A stretch of DNA of 64,000 bases from Fimbriimonadia bacterium (GCA_041483895.1 JBGPGO010000015.1:1-64000); one strand, 5' to 3'. Shown: positions 49,074 to 59,509, numbered from the stretch's first letter. Notes: generated by a model from the letters alone, not told the origin. Program-made: numbers and translations.

Positions 49074-50078
49074 ATGAAACGTTGTTGCGCACTGATTCTG
49101 CTGATCGCCCTGATCGGCTGTGGTCCCAAATCGGAAGACAAGGCGTCGTCCGACGGCGGCAAGAAGATTGTCATCGCCCTGCTGCCCAAAAAGAAGGGTG
49201 TTCCCTACTTTACCAGTTGCGACAAAGGCGCTGAGGAGGCCGCAAAGGAGCTGGGCGACGTGGAGCTGATCTACGACGGCCCGACGGACGGTTCACCAGA
49301 AAAGGCGGCCTCGATGATCGAGCAGTGGACCCTTAAGAAGGTAGACGTGATCGCGGTCTCGCCAAACGACGCCAGCGTGGTCGGTCCGGCAATGAAGGCG
49401 GCCCGCGCGAAGGGCATCCACGTTATCACTTGGGACGCCGACGCGGCGCGGGATACGAGAGAAATGATGGTCAACCAAGGCACCGCCAAAGAGATCGGAT
49501 ACAAGCTGGTAGACGTGATGGCCCAAGACCTGGGTGGGGACGGGGCCTCCGGAGATGTGGCAATCGTCACGGCGGCAATTACCGCGCCAAACCAGACCGA
49601 ATGGATCAAGTACATGAAGGAGCGATTGCCAAACTATCCCGGGCTGAAGCTGGTCGATGTCAAGGCCTCGAACGAGGATCAGAAGCTCGCCTTTACCGTC
49701 ACGCAGGACCTGATGAAGGCCTACCCAAACATCAAAGGGATTTTCGCCATCAGCTCCACGGCGTTCCCCGGCGCGGCGGAAGCCATCAAGCAGAGCGGGA
49801 TGAGCGGCAAAGTGATGGTCACCGGCCTATCCACACCAAATGACATGCGCCAAGCGGTGAAGGACGGAACTGTCAAGTCGGTCGTGCTATGGAAGACCGA
49901 GGACCTCGGTTATCTGACCGTCATGGTAGCCCATGCGCTGGCAAAAGGCGATCTGACGCCCGAAGCCACAACATTCCACGCAGGCCGCCTGGGCGACCGG
50001 AAAATCGAGGGAGACAACGTTCTGCTGGGGGACCTGTTGGTGTTCACGAAGGACAATATAGACAACTATAAGTTCTGA
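49074..50078 (+). CDS. Sugar ABC substrate-binding lipoprotein (RhaS/LsrB-like)
   Basis: Lipobox LIGC; LPKKKGVPYF, VITWDAD and VVLWKTEDLGY motifs. Confidence 0.9.
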   Translation: MKRCCALILLIALIGCGPKSEDKASSDGGKKIVIALLPKKKGVPYFTSCDKGAEEAAKELGDVELIYDGPTDGSPEKAASMIEQWTLKKVDVIAVSPNDASVVGPAMKAARAKGIHVITWDADAARDTREMMVNQGTAKEIGYKLVDVMAQDLGGDGASGDVAIVTAAITAPNQTEWIKYMKERLPNYPGLKLVDVKASNEDQKLAFTVTQDLMKAYPNIKGIFAISSTAFPGAAEAIKQSGMSGKVMVTGLSTPNDMRQAVKDGTVKSVVLWKTEDLGYLTVMVAHALAKGDLTPEATTFHAGRLGDRKIEGDNVLLGDLLVFTKDNIDNYKF

Positions 50079-50105
50079 TCGAGCTTTTCCGCAATTATAA
50101 GAAAA

Positions 50106-50130
50106 CGAGGGGCACCTAACGTGCCCCTCG
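50106..50130. terminator. Hairpin between convergent genes, probable terminator
   Basis: CGAGGGGCAC-N5-GTGCCCCTCG 10-bp stem with an A-run on the left. Confidence 0.7.
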
Positions 50131-50158
50131 CTTGCATTCAACTGTCTTTCTCGAGTAC

Positions 50159-50899
50159 TTACTTCCGTCGTCGGCGAAGGCCGAAGAACCCAGCAAGCCC
50201 CATCCCGATCGCCGCAAACGTACTTGGCTCGGGAGACATGTAGATGTCGGCATCGAAGTTGGCGACCGGCGCGCCACCGAAGAAGTAGTAGCCCGGAAAC
50301 CCGCCGCCGTTCAGGTCGTACCAATAGTCATGGCTAAAGCCCGTAATCGGAAAGTCCGCCAAGATCCAGCCGGCGGTTGTGCTGCCACCTATTGACCAAT
50401 CGAGGCACATCCATATATCAGAACCGGCGGCGAATTCGAAGCCGGTAAGATCTACGGTTATGTTCCACAAACCCGCACCGGGCAGCCCAATGCCGTAGGC
50501 AGCGAGCAACGGATTGCCGCCTCCGGGAGGTGCATCGCCGCCGCCAACGTTGTCGAAGAAGCCGACTGCAACGGCCTTCGTGCCGACACCAGTGAGCGGA
50601 TCGCCCGGATCATAGTAGCTGAAGCGGAAGCCGTTCACCGAGCCGCCGGTCGTCATGTGAAGATCATCGCAAACGACCGACGAGAACGGAGTTCCGAAGC
50701 TATTTGCCGGGAAGTAGAATGTAGGAAAAGCGCCCGTCGAATAGGCTGTAACCGGTCCTAATTCCTGCGACGCGCCGCCCGACACGGAATAGTGATATTG
50801 CTGCTGAACGCCGCTTACGGTCCCAGGACCGCCGGCATTCGTTTGCCCAAAGCCAAACGCCGCAGCGGCGACGGCCAAGAGCGAGAGAGAAATGCGCAT
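50159..50899 (-). CDS. PEP-CTERM sorting domain protein
   Basis: Signal peptide; ends SPEPSTFAAIGMGLAGFFGLRRRRK; AAGGAG RBS. Confidence 0.92.
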   Translation of the reverse strand: MRISLSLLAVAAAAFGFGQTNAGGPGTVSGVQQQYHYSVSGGASQELGPVTAYSTGAFPTFYFPANSFGTPFSSVVCDDLHMTTGGSVNGFRFSYYDPGDPLTGVGTKAVAVGFFDNVGGGDAPPGGGNPLLAAYGIGLPGAGLWNITVDLTGFEFAAGSDIWMCLDWSIGGSTTAGWILADFPITGFSHDYWYDLNGGGFPGYYFFGGAPVANFDADIYMSPEPSTFAAIGMGLAGFFGLRRRRK

Positions 50900-51208
50900 T
50901 ACGTATCTCCTTTTGTCCGCATATCTCATCCAGCGTGAGAATCAAGTAAGCCATCCAGCGAACTAGGAGAACATGAAAAGCGATTGGATTGTACAGTAGA
51001 TTTATCCGTATGGCAAGGACTTTATTAAGATTTTCTTATGTTTGTAGGCTAGCTCTCAAATTTCGCCCGTACTTCAGCCCTCAATGGGGACAGCATGACA
51101 TCGCCAGCCGCCCTCGGGAACAATCTTGGCCATCCCCCTTGGCCGTGACGGAGGGAACCTGCGGCCACGCATAGAATTCTGGATGAAAACAGCGCAGGTG
51201 GCAAACGA

Positions 51209-52309
51209 ATGAATGCGATGATTGTTGCGCTCGGGGTCGCCGCGATGGCGAACGCGAACGGAGGGGAGCTTTGGGGAATTATGCCTGACGGAAAGCTTGC
51301 TCACATGTACTCTTTGGACAACGGAACCGGTTTGCGAGCGAAGATCACAGACTATGGCGCCACGCTCGTAAGCCTGGAATCAAAAGACCGGGCGGGCACA
51401 TTCACCGATATCGTTCTCGGCTTCAACGAGCTGGACCAGTATCGGAAGGATTCGCCCTATTTCGGCGCCATCGTCGGCCGGTACGGGAACCGGATCGCTC
51501 ATGGAAGGTTCCGATTGGACGGCAAGGAGTACAAGCTCGCCACAAACAACAACCCCGGCGAAATCCCGTGCAGCCTGCACGGCGGCAACATCGGCTTCGA
51601 CAAGGTTCTCTGGACCGCAAAAGAGATTGGCAAAAACGCCCTGCAGCTGACATACGTGAGCAAGGATGGCGAGGAGGGCTATCCGGGCACGCTGAAAGTT
51701 ACGGTCACCTACACACTGACACCTGCGAATGCCCTTCGCATCGAGTACAAAGCGACCGCAGATAGGGCCACGCCGATCAACCTCACTCATCACAGCTACT
51801 TCAACCTGAAGGGAGAAGGCGACGGCGACATTCTCGACCATGAGCTGATGCTGAACGCCAAGAAGATGACGCCGATAGACATTGGGTTGATCCCAACCGG
51901 AAGCATCACTTCGGTCAAGGGTACACCGTTCGACTTCACATCGCCGCACCGGATTGGTGAACGCGTGGAAGCCAAGAACAAGCAGATTGAATATGGCAAG
52001 GGCTATGACCACAATTGGGTGATCAATGGCGCGCCGGGCAAGATTCGTTTGGCCGCGAGGGCAAGCGAACCCAATTCCGGCCGCGTCATGGAAGTCTGGA
52101 CCGACCAACCGGGCATCCAGTTCTATTGCGGCAACTTCTTGGACGGCAAGATCGGCAAATCCGCCAAGCCCTATCCGTTCCGCAGCGGCTTCTGCCTGGA
52201 GACCCAGCACTATCCCGATTCGCCCAACCACAAGAACTTTCCGTCAACGATTCTGCGTCCGGGAAAGACCTACCACACCGTTACAGAGTATCGATTTTCT
52301 GCGAAATAA
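51209..52309 (+). CDS. galM: Aldose 1-epimerase (mutarotase)
   Basis: GRYGNRIA, LHGG, INLTHHSYFNL, GYDHN and CLETQHYPDSPN motifs. Confidence 0.95.
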   Translation: MNAMIVALGVAAMANANGGELWGIMPDGKLAHMYSLDNGTGLRAKITDYGATLVSLESKDRAGTFTDIVLGFNELDQYRKDSPYFGAIVGRYGNRIAHGRFRLDGKEYKLATNNNPGEIPCSLHGGNIGFDKVLWTAKEIGKNALQLTYVSKDGEEGYPGTLKVTVTYTLTPANALRIEYKATADRATPINLTHHSYFNLKGEGDGDILDHELMLNAKKMTPIDIGLIPTGSITSVKGTPFDFTSPHRIGERVEAKNKQIEYGKGYDHNWVINGAPGKIRLAARASEPNSGRVMEVWTDQPGIQFYCGNFLDGKIGKSAKPYPFRSGFCLETQHYPDSPNHKNFPSTILRPGKTYHTVTEYRFSAK

Positions 52310-52316
52310 TCGATCG

Positions 52317-52526
52317 CTATCGGAATCGGCCCTCTTCCCCCTTCGGCAATCCCGGCGGATGGCGTTCTTGTTGGGGCGGGCCGCCCTTTGGGGGAGGAGC
52401 ATCCTTTACGCCGGGATTCGGCTCGCCACAGCCCATCAGGAAGGTGAGGAAGAAGAGTAGAAGAACCCCCACCCTCACCCTCCCCCGCAAGCGGGGGAGG
52501 GGATATTTTAATAATGACGATCGCAT
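52317..52526 (-). CDS. Small Pro/Gly-rich lipoprotein downstream of the prepilin-type gene
   Basis: MRSSLLKYPLPRLRGRVRVGVLLLFFLTFLMGC; lipobox-like LMGC; GAGG upstream. Confidence 0.6.
   Translation of the reverse strand: MRSSLLKYPLPRLRGRVRVGVLLLFFLTFLMGCGEPNPGVKDAPPPKGGPPQQERHPPGLPKGEEGRFR
52465..52503. repeat. CCCTCCCCCGC-AA-GCGGGGGAGGG palindromic repeat, same family as 45980-46059
   Basis: 11-bp stem; the flank GTGGGGGTTCTT (minus strand) matches the ABC-gene insertion. Confidence 0.8.
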
Positions 52527-52546
52527 CGTCAAGCGCCTCGAGTACC

Positions 52547-53371
52547 TCACGTCCTCCCCCAAAACTTGCCCCACGGCAAATGGCCCTTCGTCTCCAGCCA
52601 TGTGCAGTACGAATCCCACGTCGGCGCCTCGTTCCAATCCACGAAATCGGCCCGCTTGATCTTCCCAGCGCTGCCATCCGCGCGCGCGACAGGGATCGAA
52701 TCGCCCGCGTAGGAAAAGCGCGTGTCCCAGATCAGGTTGTACCAACTCCACGTGCCGGCAGTCTTGGACGGATCGAGCCAGTTGGATTGATAGGCGCGAA
52801 TGTAGTACCAACCCACGTTCGTGCCGCCCCAAATGGTGGGAACGAACGCCACCCGTTGGGATATATCCTCCAGCTTGCTCAGCTTGCGACCATAGATAAA
52901 CCGCCAATTTCCGCCCCGGCACCCGCCGTCCGTAACCCAAGATCCGGCGAAACCTGAATCGTTGATCGCGAAGGTCGTGATCTGCGACCAGTGGTAACTG
53001 CCATACGTGTCCTGTTTCAGCACCAACCGCGTCGGGTCCCAGAAAATGTCGCGGCTCTTGGCATACGGGGTGAGCAACTCGGACCAGATCGGATGCTGGA
53101 ACCAATTCGTGTCCGTGATCACGATGCCGTCGTTGTTGTCACCGGCGTATAGATGGTTGGCCAACCCTACTTGCTTGATCTGTGCCAGAGCCGCTGTCGT
53201 CCGCCCGCTCTTCCGCGCCATCCCAAAGACGGGAAAAAGGATCGCCGCCAACAGCGCGATAATGCCGATCACCACTAACAGTTCGATGAGAGTGAAGCCT
53301 TTGCGGCGTTGGTTTACCGCGATACTATGCCGCCACATATCGTTGGTGTCTTTTGCCATATCAATGATCAT
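52547..53371 (-). CDS. Prepilin-type N-terminal cleavage/methylation domain protein
   Basis: KGFTLIELLVVIGIIALLAAILFPVF motif; C-terminal ARADGSA; start uncertain. Confidence 0.9.
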   Translation of the reverse strand: MIIDMAKDTNDMWRHSIAVNQRRKGFTLIELLVVIGIIALLAAILFPVFGMARKSGRTTAALAQIKQVGLANHLYAGDNNDGIVITDTNWFQHPIWSELLTPYAKSRDIFWDPTRLVLKQDTYGSYHWSQITTFAINDSGFAGSWVTDGGCRGGNWRFIYGRKLSKLEDISQRVAFVPTIWGGTNVGWYYIRAYQSNWLDPSKTAGTWSWYNLIWDTRFSYAGDSIPVARADGSAGKIKRADFVDWNEAPTWDSYCTWLETKGHLPWGKFWGRT

Positions 53372-53381
53372 CCATGAATTT

Positions 53382-54002
53382 TCACCTTTTCAGTTCCGAA
53401 CTGAACCGGCGTTCCATCCATTCTGTAAGGCGAAGTATTGCCCGTATCTCTTCGAGAGAACCGCCGAAATCGTGATCCGTATGGACATGGAAAACCCTTT
53501 TCCCATAGCGCAGATTGTCGAGGGCGTTGAGAATTGAGCCGGGAAATTTGAAATCGACACACATGTCACCATCTTCCTTTGGCCCAACAAATATAAGATC
53601 GTATGGTTGCGCCTCTCCAGGTCTGAGCGTGTAACTGGGTTGAATGGATCCTCCCTTTGCCAATTGAGCCTGGGCAGCAGCAGAGAACTGCAGAACGATT
53701 CCGTTCTGGCAACCAGGAATCACCTCTTCCGGTCGGAATGTGAAAGGGACCCGCGTCGCGTTATTTGCGACCATTACTTTAATCAGATAATAGGCAGTGC
53801 CTTCCGCAGGTGTGAGCGCTCCCATGTGATCCGTCTGAACCGCCTGGATCACCGTGTAGTCAACATCACCGAAGCGCAAGAAGCTTCCTGCGGGGACGCT
53901 CGCTGTCCGCTTCGAAAGCCCACAATAGACGATCCAACCGCTGAGAATAACAAGGGCGCAAGTCGCAAACGCCGCGAACCAGTTTCGGCTATGTCTCCTC
54001 AT
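53382..54002 (-). CDS. Membrane-anchored DUF4352-like Ig-fold protein
   Basis: N-terminal TM; YYLIKVMVAN and TLRPGE..LIF motifs. Confidence 0.65.
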   Translation of the reverse strand: MRRHSRNWFAAFATCALVILSGWIVYCGLSKRTASVPAGSFLRFGDVDYTVIQAVQTDHMGALTPAEGTAYYLIKVMVANNATRVPFTFRPEEVIPGCQNGIVLQFSAAAQAQLAKGGSIQPSYTLRPGEAQPYDLIFVGPKEDGDMCVDFKFPGSILNALDNLRYGKRVFHVHTDHDFGGSLEEIRAILRLTEWMERRFSSELKR

Positions 54003-54044
54003 AACATCAAATATCGGCCGGAAAAGCGCAGTTTGTTCCCAATG

Positions 54045-57000
54045 TCATTCAAATTGGACCGTCAGCGCCTGCCCGGCGTCAATCCGCCGCCCTCCCTGTA
54101 AATCCAAAACGATGCGATTTCCTTCCTGAGTATGTGTGAACGGGAGAGCGAGTTTATCCAAACTGACGGTAATCTGCTTCGGCGCGCCGGCAACCTCTAA
54201 CGCAACAGTATTGACGTGGAGGCTGCCATGCCGGACAAGTATTTTCGCGTGCATCTTTTTCCCTGTCCTCTGTTGGCCAAAAGTCCCCCATCCTTCCGCT
54301 GCCGTGAAAGGCGCCCTAAAATTATTCGGCGTCATGCGCGGAGCGAATTCGATATGACCCTTGGGGCCGTCATACTCAAACCCGCAGGCGCCCAGGAAAA
54401 CACCATACGATGCCATCGCGCGCGCATAGTGGTCGCTGCATTCAATTTCGTTGTATGGGTTGCGCCGTTCGCCGGAATAGCGATCGTGAATCGTGCGAGT
54501 AATAGTAAGTCCGTCCTGGACCAACCCCTCATACATCATGTTCGCCGCGACCTGATACTCGAATCCGGTCATGCACTCATTGAAGTAGCCGACGACAAAA
54601 TTGGCCGGGTCCGTTCCGCCTGCCTTGTCTCCGCCACCATGCGGGAAGGTGGTCATCAGCAGGCCCGGTTCGCCCGGGAGCGCGTACCAACGCCCGCCTT
54701 TGATCGGACTCTTATCCCGATAATTCCCGACGTCGGGCGCGTAATTATATCGATAAAGAGATTCCAGGGCTTTTTTGCAGTGCTCGACAGGAAAGACACG
54801 CGGAAGCCCCAATTGCCAAACCCAGCTTTGTCCGAAAACCTGATCGATATGGCAGCCCGTGTTGGTATTAATATGTTCCGGGTGATTTGGATCCGGTTTC
54901 TGGATGTAGTACTCTCCGTTCCAGAGCGTTTCATCGATCCCCTTCTTTCCTCGCTCGGCGATCTCCCTGCAGTTCTTCACAAAGTCCGCGTCTCCCACGT
55001 CGCGGGCCATCGCCTCGCCTGCCAGCAACACCGCGACATACATACCGCTGATCCACGCGATCCGTCCGGTCCACACGGCATCCAGAGTATTCGGCTGATC
55101 CCCTTCCAAAATGCCATCAGAATTGCCGTCTTCATGTATCAGATATTCAATGGATTTTCTGATCTTTGTCCAATTGCGCCGCAAGAACTTATCGTCCGCA
55201 GACATAAGATGTTCCCGATAGGCGCGCAGGATCGTACCGCACTGCCCATCGGTCGCGGGCGCATCCCATGCCTCCGCGCGGTGCCCGATGAGTCCAGTAT
55301 CGGGATGGAATGCTATTCCATAATCCACCCTCTCGCGCGTATCACGTTCCAACTCCGGAAAGATCCGACCGACCGCCTGTGCATACTGCCATACGTGAGT
55401 GCATGTGCCTGCGCAACAGTATATGCCTTCGAATCCATAGAACCGTCCGTCATCAAAACGATTGCAGGTGGCGGATGCCAGAATGGACGTGTTGGCAAAC
55501 GTACGATCCAGGAACCAATATGGCAGCGTGGAGTCATACCATGTATCGGTCCACTTCTTGGTGTCGCCTGCCAGCCGATCCATGTTCCTAATCACATATC
55601 GAGCGACATCCAATGCTGATTTGAATTTGACGGAATAATATCGCTTGAAGATATCATGCCTCTGTAGCTCGTGGAACAACGGTCGCAGCGGATTCGGGAA
55701 GTACCATGTGACAACAAAAGTGACAGTATGCGTCGCACCGGGTTGCAGCTTAATCCGCTGTCCAACGGTATCCGCCATCTTGGCAGGAAACGGCAGGTCC
55801 GGAACGTGCTGCACCCAGCGATACGCCTCCGCCAGATCATCGCCCTCGGGATTGCACGGGCTGTCCCAACAGTCACCGTTTTCCATCATGGCCAGTCCCA
55901 TCGATCCAAAATCCGATTCCTCTTCCAGCGCGATGGCCGGCCGGCGAGGATTATCGCTGAAAAAGATATCATCGAGCCCAATCTGCCCCCAGCCGCCCGT
56001 CTCCTGATCCAACACTTGCAGCACGCCGCTCTTTCCCATCCATTCGCGAACGTCCCACGACACGGGCCGCATCTCGTTAGAATTCCGTCCGGTCTCGGTT
56101 TTCACCACTTTTTCGTCAACGAGCAAATTGATGCAGGTCTTGCCGGGATGATTTCCGCCGCCTAACAAAAAGGTAATGAAATTGCGCTCGATGGTGAACG
56201 GGCGACTCGTCAGGCTCCCAAGATGCGTATCGGCCTTCACCACATCCTCGCCATGCCGCGTGTTGTGGGTGTTGACAACCCACTTCCCTTTCCCATGCAC
56301 GTCGCCCTGATATTCCGGCATCTTGGCGATCTCCACCGGCCCGGTCCCAAACGCGCTTCCTTCCACCGTCCAACCTTCGTAGGTCTCCTTCTCAAAATCC
56401 TCGAACAATACATCCGGCCGATCCGGTTCCTTCTCCGGCGAGGACTTCGCGGTCAAGTGCGCGCACCGAAATCCAGGTTCGTAAACCATCGCGTCATTCA
56501 ATAACCCCGATCGCGTCTTGCGGCTATTCAGACAAACGGCGTTCTCCATATAGCCGAACAGGTCCATGTCCACCATCTCTTTCGACCGGTTCTTGACGGT
56601 GTAGGACATGACGGTCGCGGGCAAGCCCGAATCGTCGGCGTTGAGCGGGATAAAAGGCGAGAATGCGGTCAACGAGACCTCGACGGGGCACTCCGCGTCG
56701 GCATACGTGACTGAAGCCATTGGGTAGCGCCCAACGAAGCGAACATCCTTGAATCCCCGCGCGTCCAAATGCCGATACACCCGCGCGCCGGCCTTCTCAT
56801 ACGTAATCCCAAACCCGTTCTTAAAAGGCGACGTGGGCTTCATCGGGTTCTTGTAGTTGAAACCGACGGTTATTGGCCCGATGTTGGAAGGCGCCGGCTG
56901 GTTGAACACATCCCAGAGCCATAGCCGCCCGTCGCCGCTGAAATAGAGTTGTCCTGTGCAGATGCCGCCAATGGGCATTCCTATCCGCTGCAGCGCCTCG

Positions 57001-57206
57001 CCGGTATAGGCGGTCGGCGCGCCGCGTTCGTACAAGGACTTGATCCATGCCGGGGAAAGCTTCTTATCGGCGGGGACCAGAACTGTGGGCTGCTGGCCGA
57101 GAATCGGCAAAAGGTTGAAGCTGCCCTTGGGGATGGCCAGTCCAGCGGCCCCAAGAGCGGTGAGCGACAAAAACTCTCGCCTAGATACTTCGTTGTCTTT
57201 TTTCAT
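54045..57206 (-). CDS. Tat-exported GH116 family glycoside hydrolase with inserted CBM-like domain
   Basis: SRREFL Tat motif; GMPIGGICTG, FSPFIP, CTHVWQY and RNPYNEIECSDHYARAM motifs. Confidence 0.9.
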   Translation of the reverse strand: MKKDNEVSRREFLSLTALGAAGLAIPKGSFNLLPILGQQPTVLVPADKKLSPAWIKSLYERGAPTAYTGEALQRIGMPIGGICTGQLYFSGDGRLWLWDVFNQPAPSNIGPITVGFNYKNPMKPTSPFKNGFGITYEKAGARVYRHLDARGFKDVRFVGRYPMASVTYADAECPVEVSLTAFSPFIPLNADDSGLPATVMSYTVKNRSKEMVDMDLFGYMENAVCLNSRKTRSGLLNDAMVYEPGFRCAHLTAKSSPEKEPDRPDVLFEDFEKETYEGWTVEGSAFGTGPVEIAKMPEYQGDVHGKGKWVVNTHNTRHGEDVVKADTHLGSLTSRPFTIERNFITFLLGGGNHPGKTCINLLVDEKVVKTETGRNSNEMRPVSWDVREWMGKSGVLQVLDQETGGWGQIGLDDIFFSDNPRRPAIALEEESDFGSMGLAMMENGDCWDSPCNPEGDDLAEAYRWVQHVPDLPFPAKMADTVGQRIKLQPGATHTVTFVVTWYFPNPLRPLFHELQRHDIFKRYYSVKFKSALDVARYVIRNMDRLAGDTKKWTDTWYDSTLPYWFLDRTFANTSILASATCNRFDDGRFYGFEGIYCCAGTCTHVWQYAQAVGRIFPELERDTRERVDYGIAFHPDTGLIGHRAEAWDAPATDGQCGTILRAYREHLMSADDKFLRRNWTKIRKSIEYLIHEDGNSDGILEGDQPNTLDAVWTGRIAWISGMYVAVLLAGEAMARDVGDADFVKNCREIAERGKKGIDETLWNGEYYIQKPDPNHPEHINTNTGCHIDQVFGQSWVWQLGLPRVFPVEHCKKALESLYRYNYAPDVGNYRDKSPIKGGRWYALPGEPGLLMTTFPHGGGDKAGGTDPANFVVGYFNECMTGFEYQVAANMMYEGLVQDGLTITRTIHDRYSGERRNPYNEIECSDHYARAMASYGVFLGACGFEYDGPKGHIEFAPRMTPNNFRAPFTAAEGWGTFGQQRTGKKMHAKILVRHGSLHVNTVALEVAGAPKQITVSLDKLALPFTHTQEGNRIVLDLQGGRRIDAGQALTVQFE

Positions 57207-57287
57207 GGCTTGCCAATTGGTTCGAGCGAAAGCCGATAGGTTCCTGCCTCCCCAGCCGGTATAATTCCCGACCGTTAGGAGGCGGTA

Positions 57288-59201
57288 ATGCGACAACTCT
57301 TTATCCTTGTATGCATGGTCGGAACAATGGCTTACTCACACATCAAACTCCCCGCAATCTTCGGCAACAACATGGTGCTCCAGCAAAAGGCCGTGGTCCC
57401 GATCTGGGGCACGAACCATCCCGGCGAGGAGGTCGTTGTGCACGGAAGCTGGGACAACAAGAAGGTTCGCGTGGTGGCGGGCCAAGACGGCAAATGGAAG
57501 CTGAAGATCCAAACGCCGGCGGCGGGCGGCCCATACGAGCTGACCGTCGATGGCGCTGATCCGGAAGATAAGACCGTGCTGCATAACGTGCTGATCGGCG
57601 AGGTGTGGGTCTGCAGCGGCCAGTCGAATATGGAGTTCTCCATGAACCAAACCGACCACGCCGCGGAGGACATCGCCGCTGCAAAGTATCCCAACATTCG
57701 CCTCTTTACCGTCCAGAAAAACATGTCACCAACCCCGCAAGCGGATTGCGTCGGCTCCTGGCAGCCCTGCTCCCCAGAAACCGTCCCCGGATTTTCCGCC
57801 GTCGCCTATTTCTTCGGCAAGAAGCTGCACCAAGAGATGAACGTCCCCATCGGCCTCATCCATACATCTTGGGGCGGTACCGAGGCCGAGCTGTGGACCA
57901 GCGAGGCGAAGCTAAAGACCCTTCCCGACTTCCGCAATGCCCTGGCCAAAACCGGCGACGCCCAGCGCAAATACGAATCGGATATGAAGCAATGGCAAGA
58001 AAGTATCCATCATGCCGACGCGGGTTGGGACAAATGGAACAAGCCGAACGCGGATGACATCGACTGGAAAGCCGCCAAAGTTCCGGCCCAATGGGAGCAG
58101 ACGGACCTTCCCAATTTCGATGGCATCGCCTGGTACCGAGCCACGTTCGCCGCGCCCGAAAGCTGGGCGGGCAAAGCCGTCACCCTGTCGCTTGGCCCCA
58201 TCGACGATGAGGACATCACATGGGTGAACGGACGTCAGGTCGGCGCGAACAACAATTTCCAGACCGTGCGCCAGTATGTCATCCCCGCCGGCGTCGTAAA
58301 GGCCGGACTCAACAGCGTTGCGGTCCGCGTGACCGATACCGGCGGCGCGGGCGGCATCTATGGTCTGCCGGAACAGATCTATGCCGAAATGGACAGCCGG
58401 CGTGTTGCGCTGACCGATTGGAAAATCAAGGTCGGCGCGGACAAGAAAGACCTGCCGCCCCTGCCGCAAGTGAGTGTGCGGCCCAATTCGCTCCTCTACA
58501 ACGGCATGATCGCGCCGATTTTGCCCTATGGAATCCGCGGCGCGATCTGGTACCAGGGCGAGTCCAACGTCGGCCGGGCCTATCAATATCGAACGCTCTT
58601 CCCCGCCATGATTGAAAACTGGCGCGAAGATTGGGGCGAAGGCGCCTTCCCGTTCTATTTCGTCCAGATCGCGCCGTTTGCCTATGGCGCTAACGACATG
58701 AGCGCGGAGCTTCGCGAAGCGCAGCTCCTGACGCTGAAACTGGCGAATACCGGCATGGCGGTTATCTCCGACGTGACGGGAAACGTGCAGGACATCCACC
58801 CGAAGGACAAGCGCGACGTGGGCGCGCGGCTGGCCCTTTGGGCGCTCGCTCAGACGTATGGAAAGAAAGGATTCGAGTATTCCGGTCCGCTGTACAAATC
58901 GTACAAGGTGGACGGCAATCGGATCATTGTCACCTTCGATCACGCCGTAGGGCTTATGGCAAAGGGCGGCGCGCCGACTGGCTTCACCATCGCCGGGTCA
59001 GACAAGAAATTCGTCCCCGCACAGGCGGAAATTCATGGCGACACGGTCATCGTCACTTCTCCCAATGTGCCAAACGCCGCGGCCGTCCGCTTTAGCTGGT
59101 CCGACGCCGGGGTCCACAACCTGTGCAACGCCGCCGGCCTCCCCGCCTCCCCATTCCGAACCGACACCTGGCCGGGCTTGACGGATGGGGTGAAGTGGTG
59201 A
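57288..59201 (+). CDS. Sialate O-acetylesterase family protein
   Basis: GEVWVCSGQSNM, WYQGESN and DIHPKDK motifs; AGGAGG RBS. Confidence 0.93.
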   Translation: MRQLFILVCMVGTMAYSHIKLPAIFGNNMVLQQKAVVPIWGTNHPGEEVVVHGSWDNKKVRVVAGQDGKWKLKIQTPAAGGPYELTVDGADPEDKTVLHNVLIGEVWVCSGQSNMEFSMNQTDHAAEDIAAAKYPNIRLFTVQKNMSPTPQADCVGSWQPCSPETVPGFSAVAYFFGKKLHQEMNVPIGLIHTSWGGTEAELWTSEAKLKTLPDFRNALAKTGDAQRKYESDMKQWQESIHHADAGWDKWNKPNADDIDWKAAKVPAQWEQTDLPNFDGIAWYRATFAAPESWAGKAVTLSLGPIDDEDITWVNGRQVGANNNFQTVRQYVIPAGVVKAGLNSVAVRVTDTGGAGGIYGLPEQIYAEMDSRRVALTDWKIKVGADKKDLPPLPQVSVRPNSLLYNGMIAPILPYGIRGAIWYQGESNVGRAYQYRTLFPAMIENWREDWGEGAFPFYFVQIAPFAYGANDMSAELREAQLLTLKLANTGMAVISDVTGNVQDIHPKDKRDVGARLALWALAQTYGKKGFEYSGPLYKSYKVDGNRIIVTFDHAVGLMAKGGAPTGFTIAGSDKKFVPAQAEIHGDTVIVTSPNVPNAAAVRFSWSDAGVHNLCNAAGLPASPFRTDTWPGLTDGVKW

Positions 59202-59221
59202 GACTTAGGATACAATGATTG

Positions 59222-59506
59222 ATGATGGAAATCAAAGTTTCGTACGATATCGAGCAGATCATAGCGGAAAAGGTGAACTCCGGTGAGTTTGAAACTCCGG
59301 AACAGGTTGTAGAGCGGGCGGTGCGGTTGCTTCATGAGCGGGACCGGGAAATGAAGAAAGAGCTTGAAGCACTCCTGCGGGAAATCCAAAAGGGCGTTGA
59401 TGACATTGAATCCGGACACGGAATCGAACTAACGGACGAGGTCTTTGAAGAAATCGTCCAAGAGGCGCGTGCGGAGTTGGTAGCCGAAAACCGTGAGTCA
59501 GCATAG
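59222..59506 (+). CDS. ParD/CopG-like RHH antitoxin
   Basis: KVNSGEFETPEQVVERAVRLL and EIQKGVDD motifs. Confidence 0.85.
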   Translation: MMEIKVSYDIEQIIAEKVNSGEFETPEQVVERAVRLLHERDREMKKELEALLREIQKGVDDIESGHGIELTDEVFEEIVQEARAELVAENRESA

Positions 59507-59509
59507 GTT

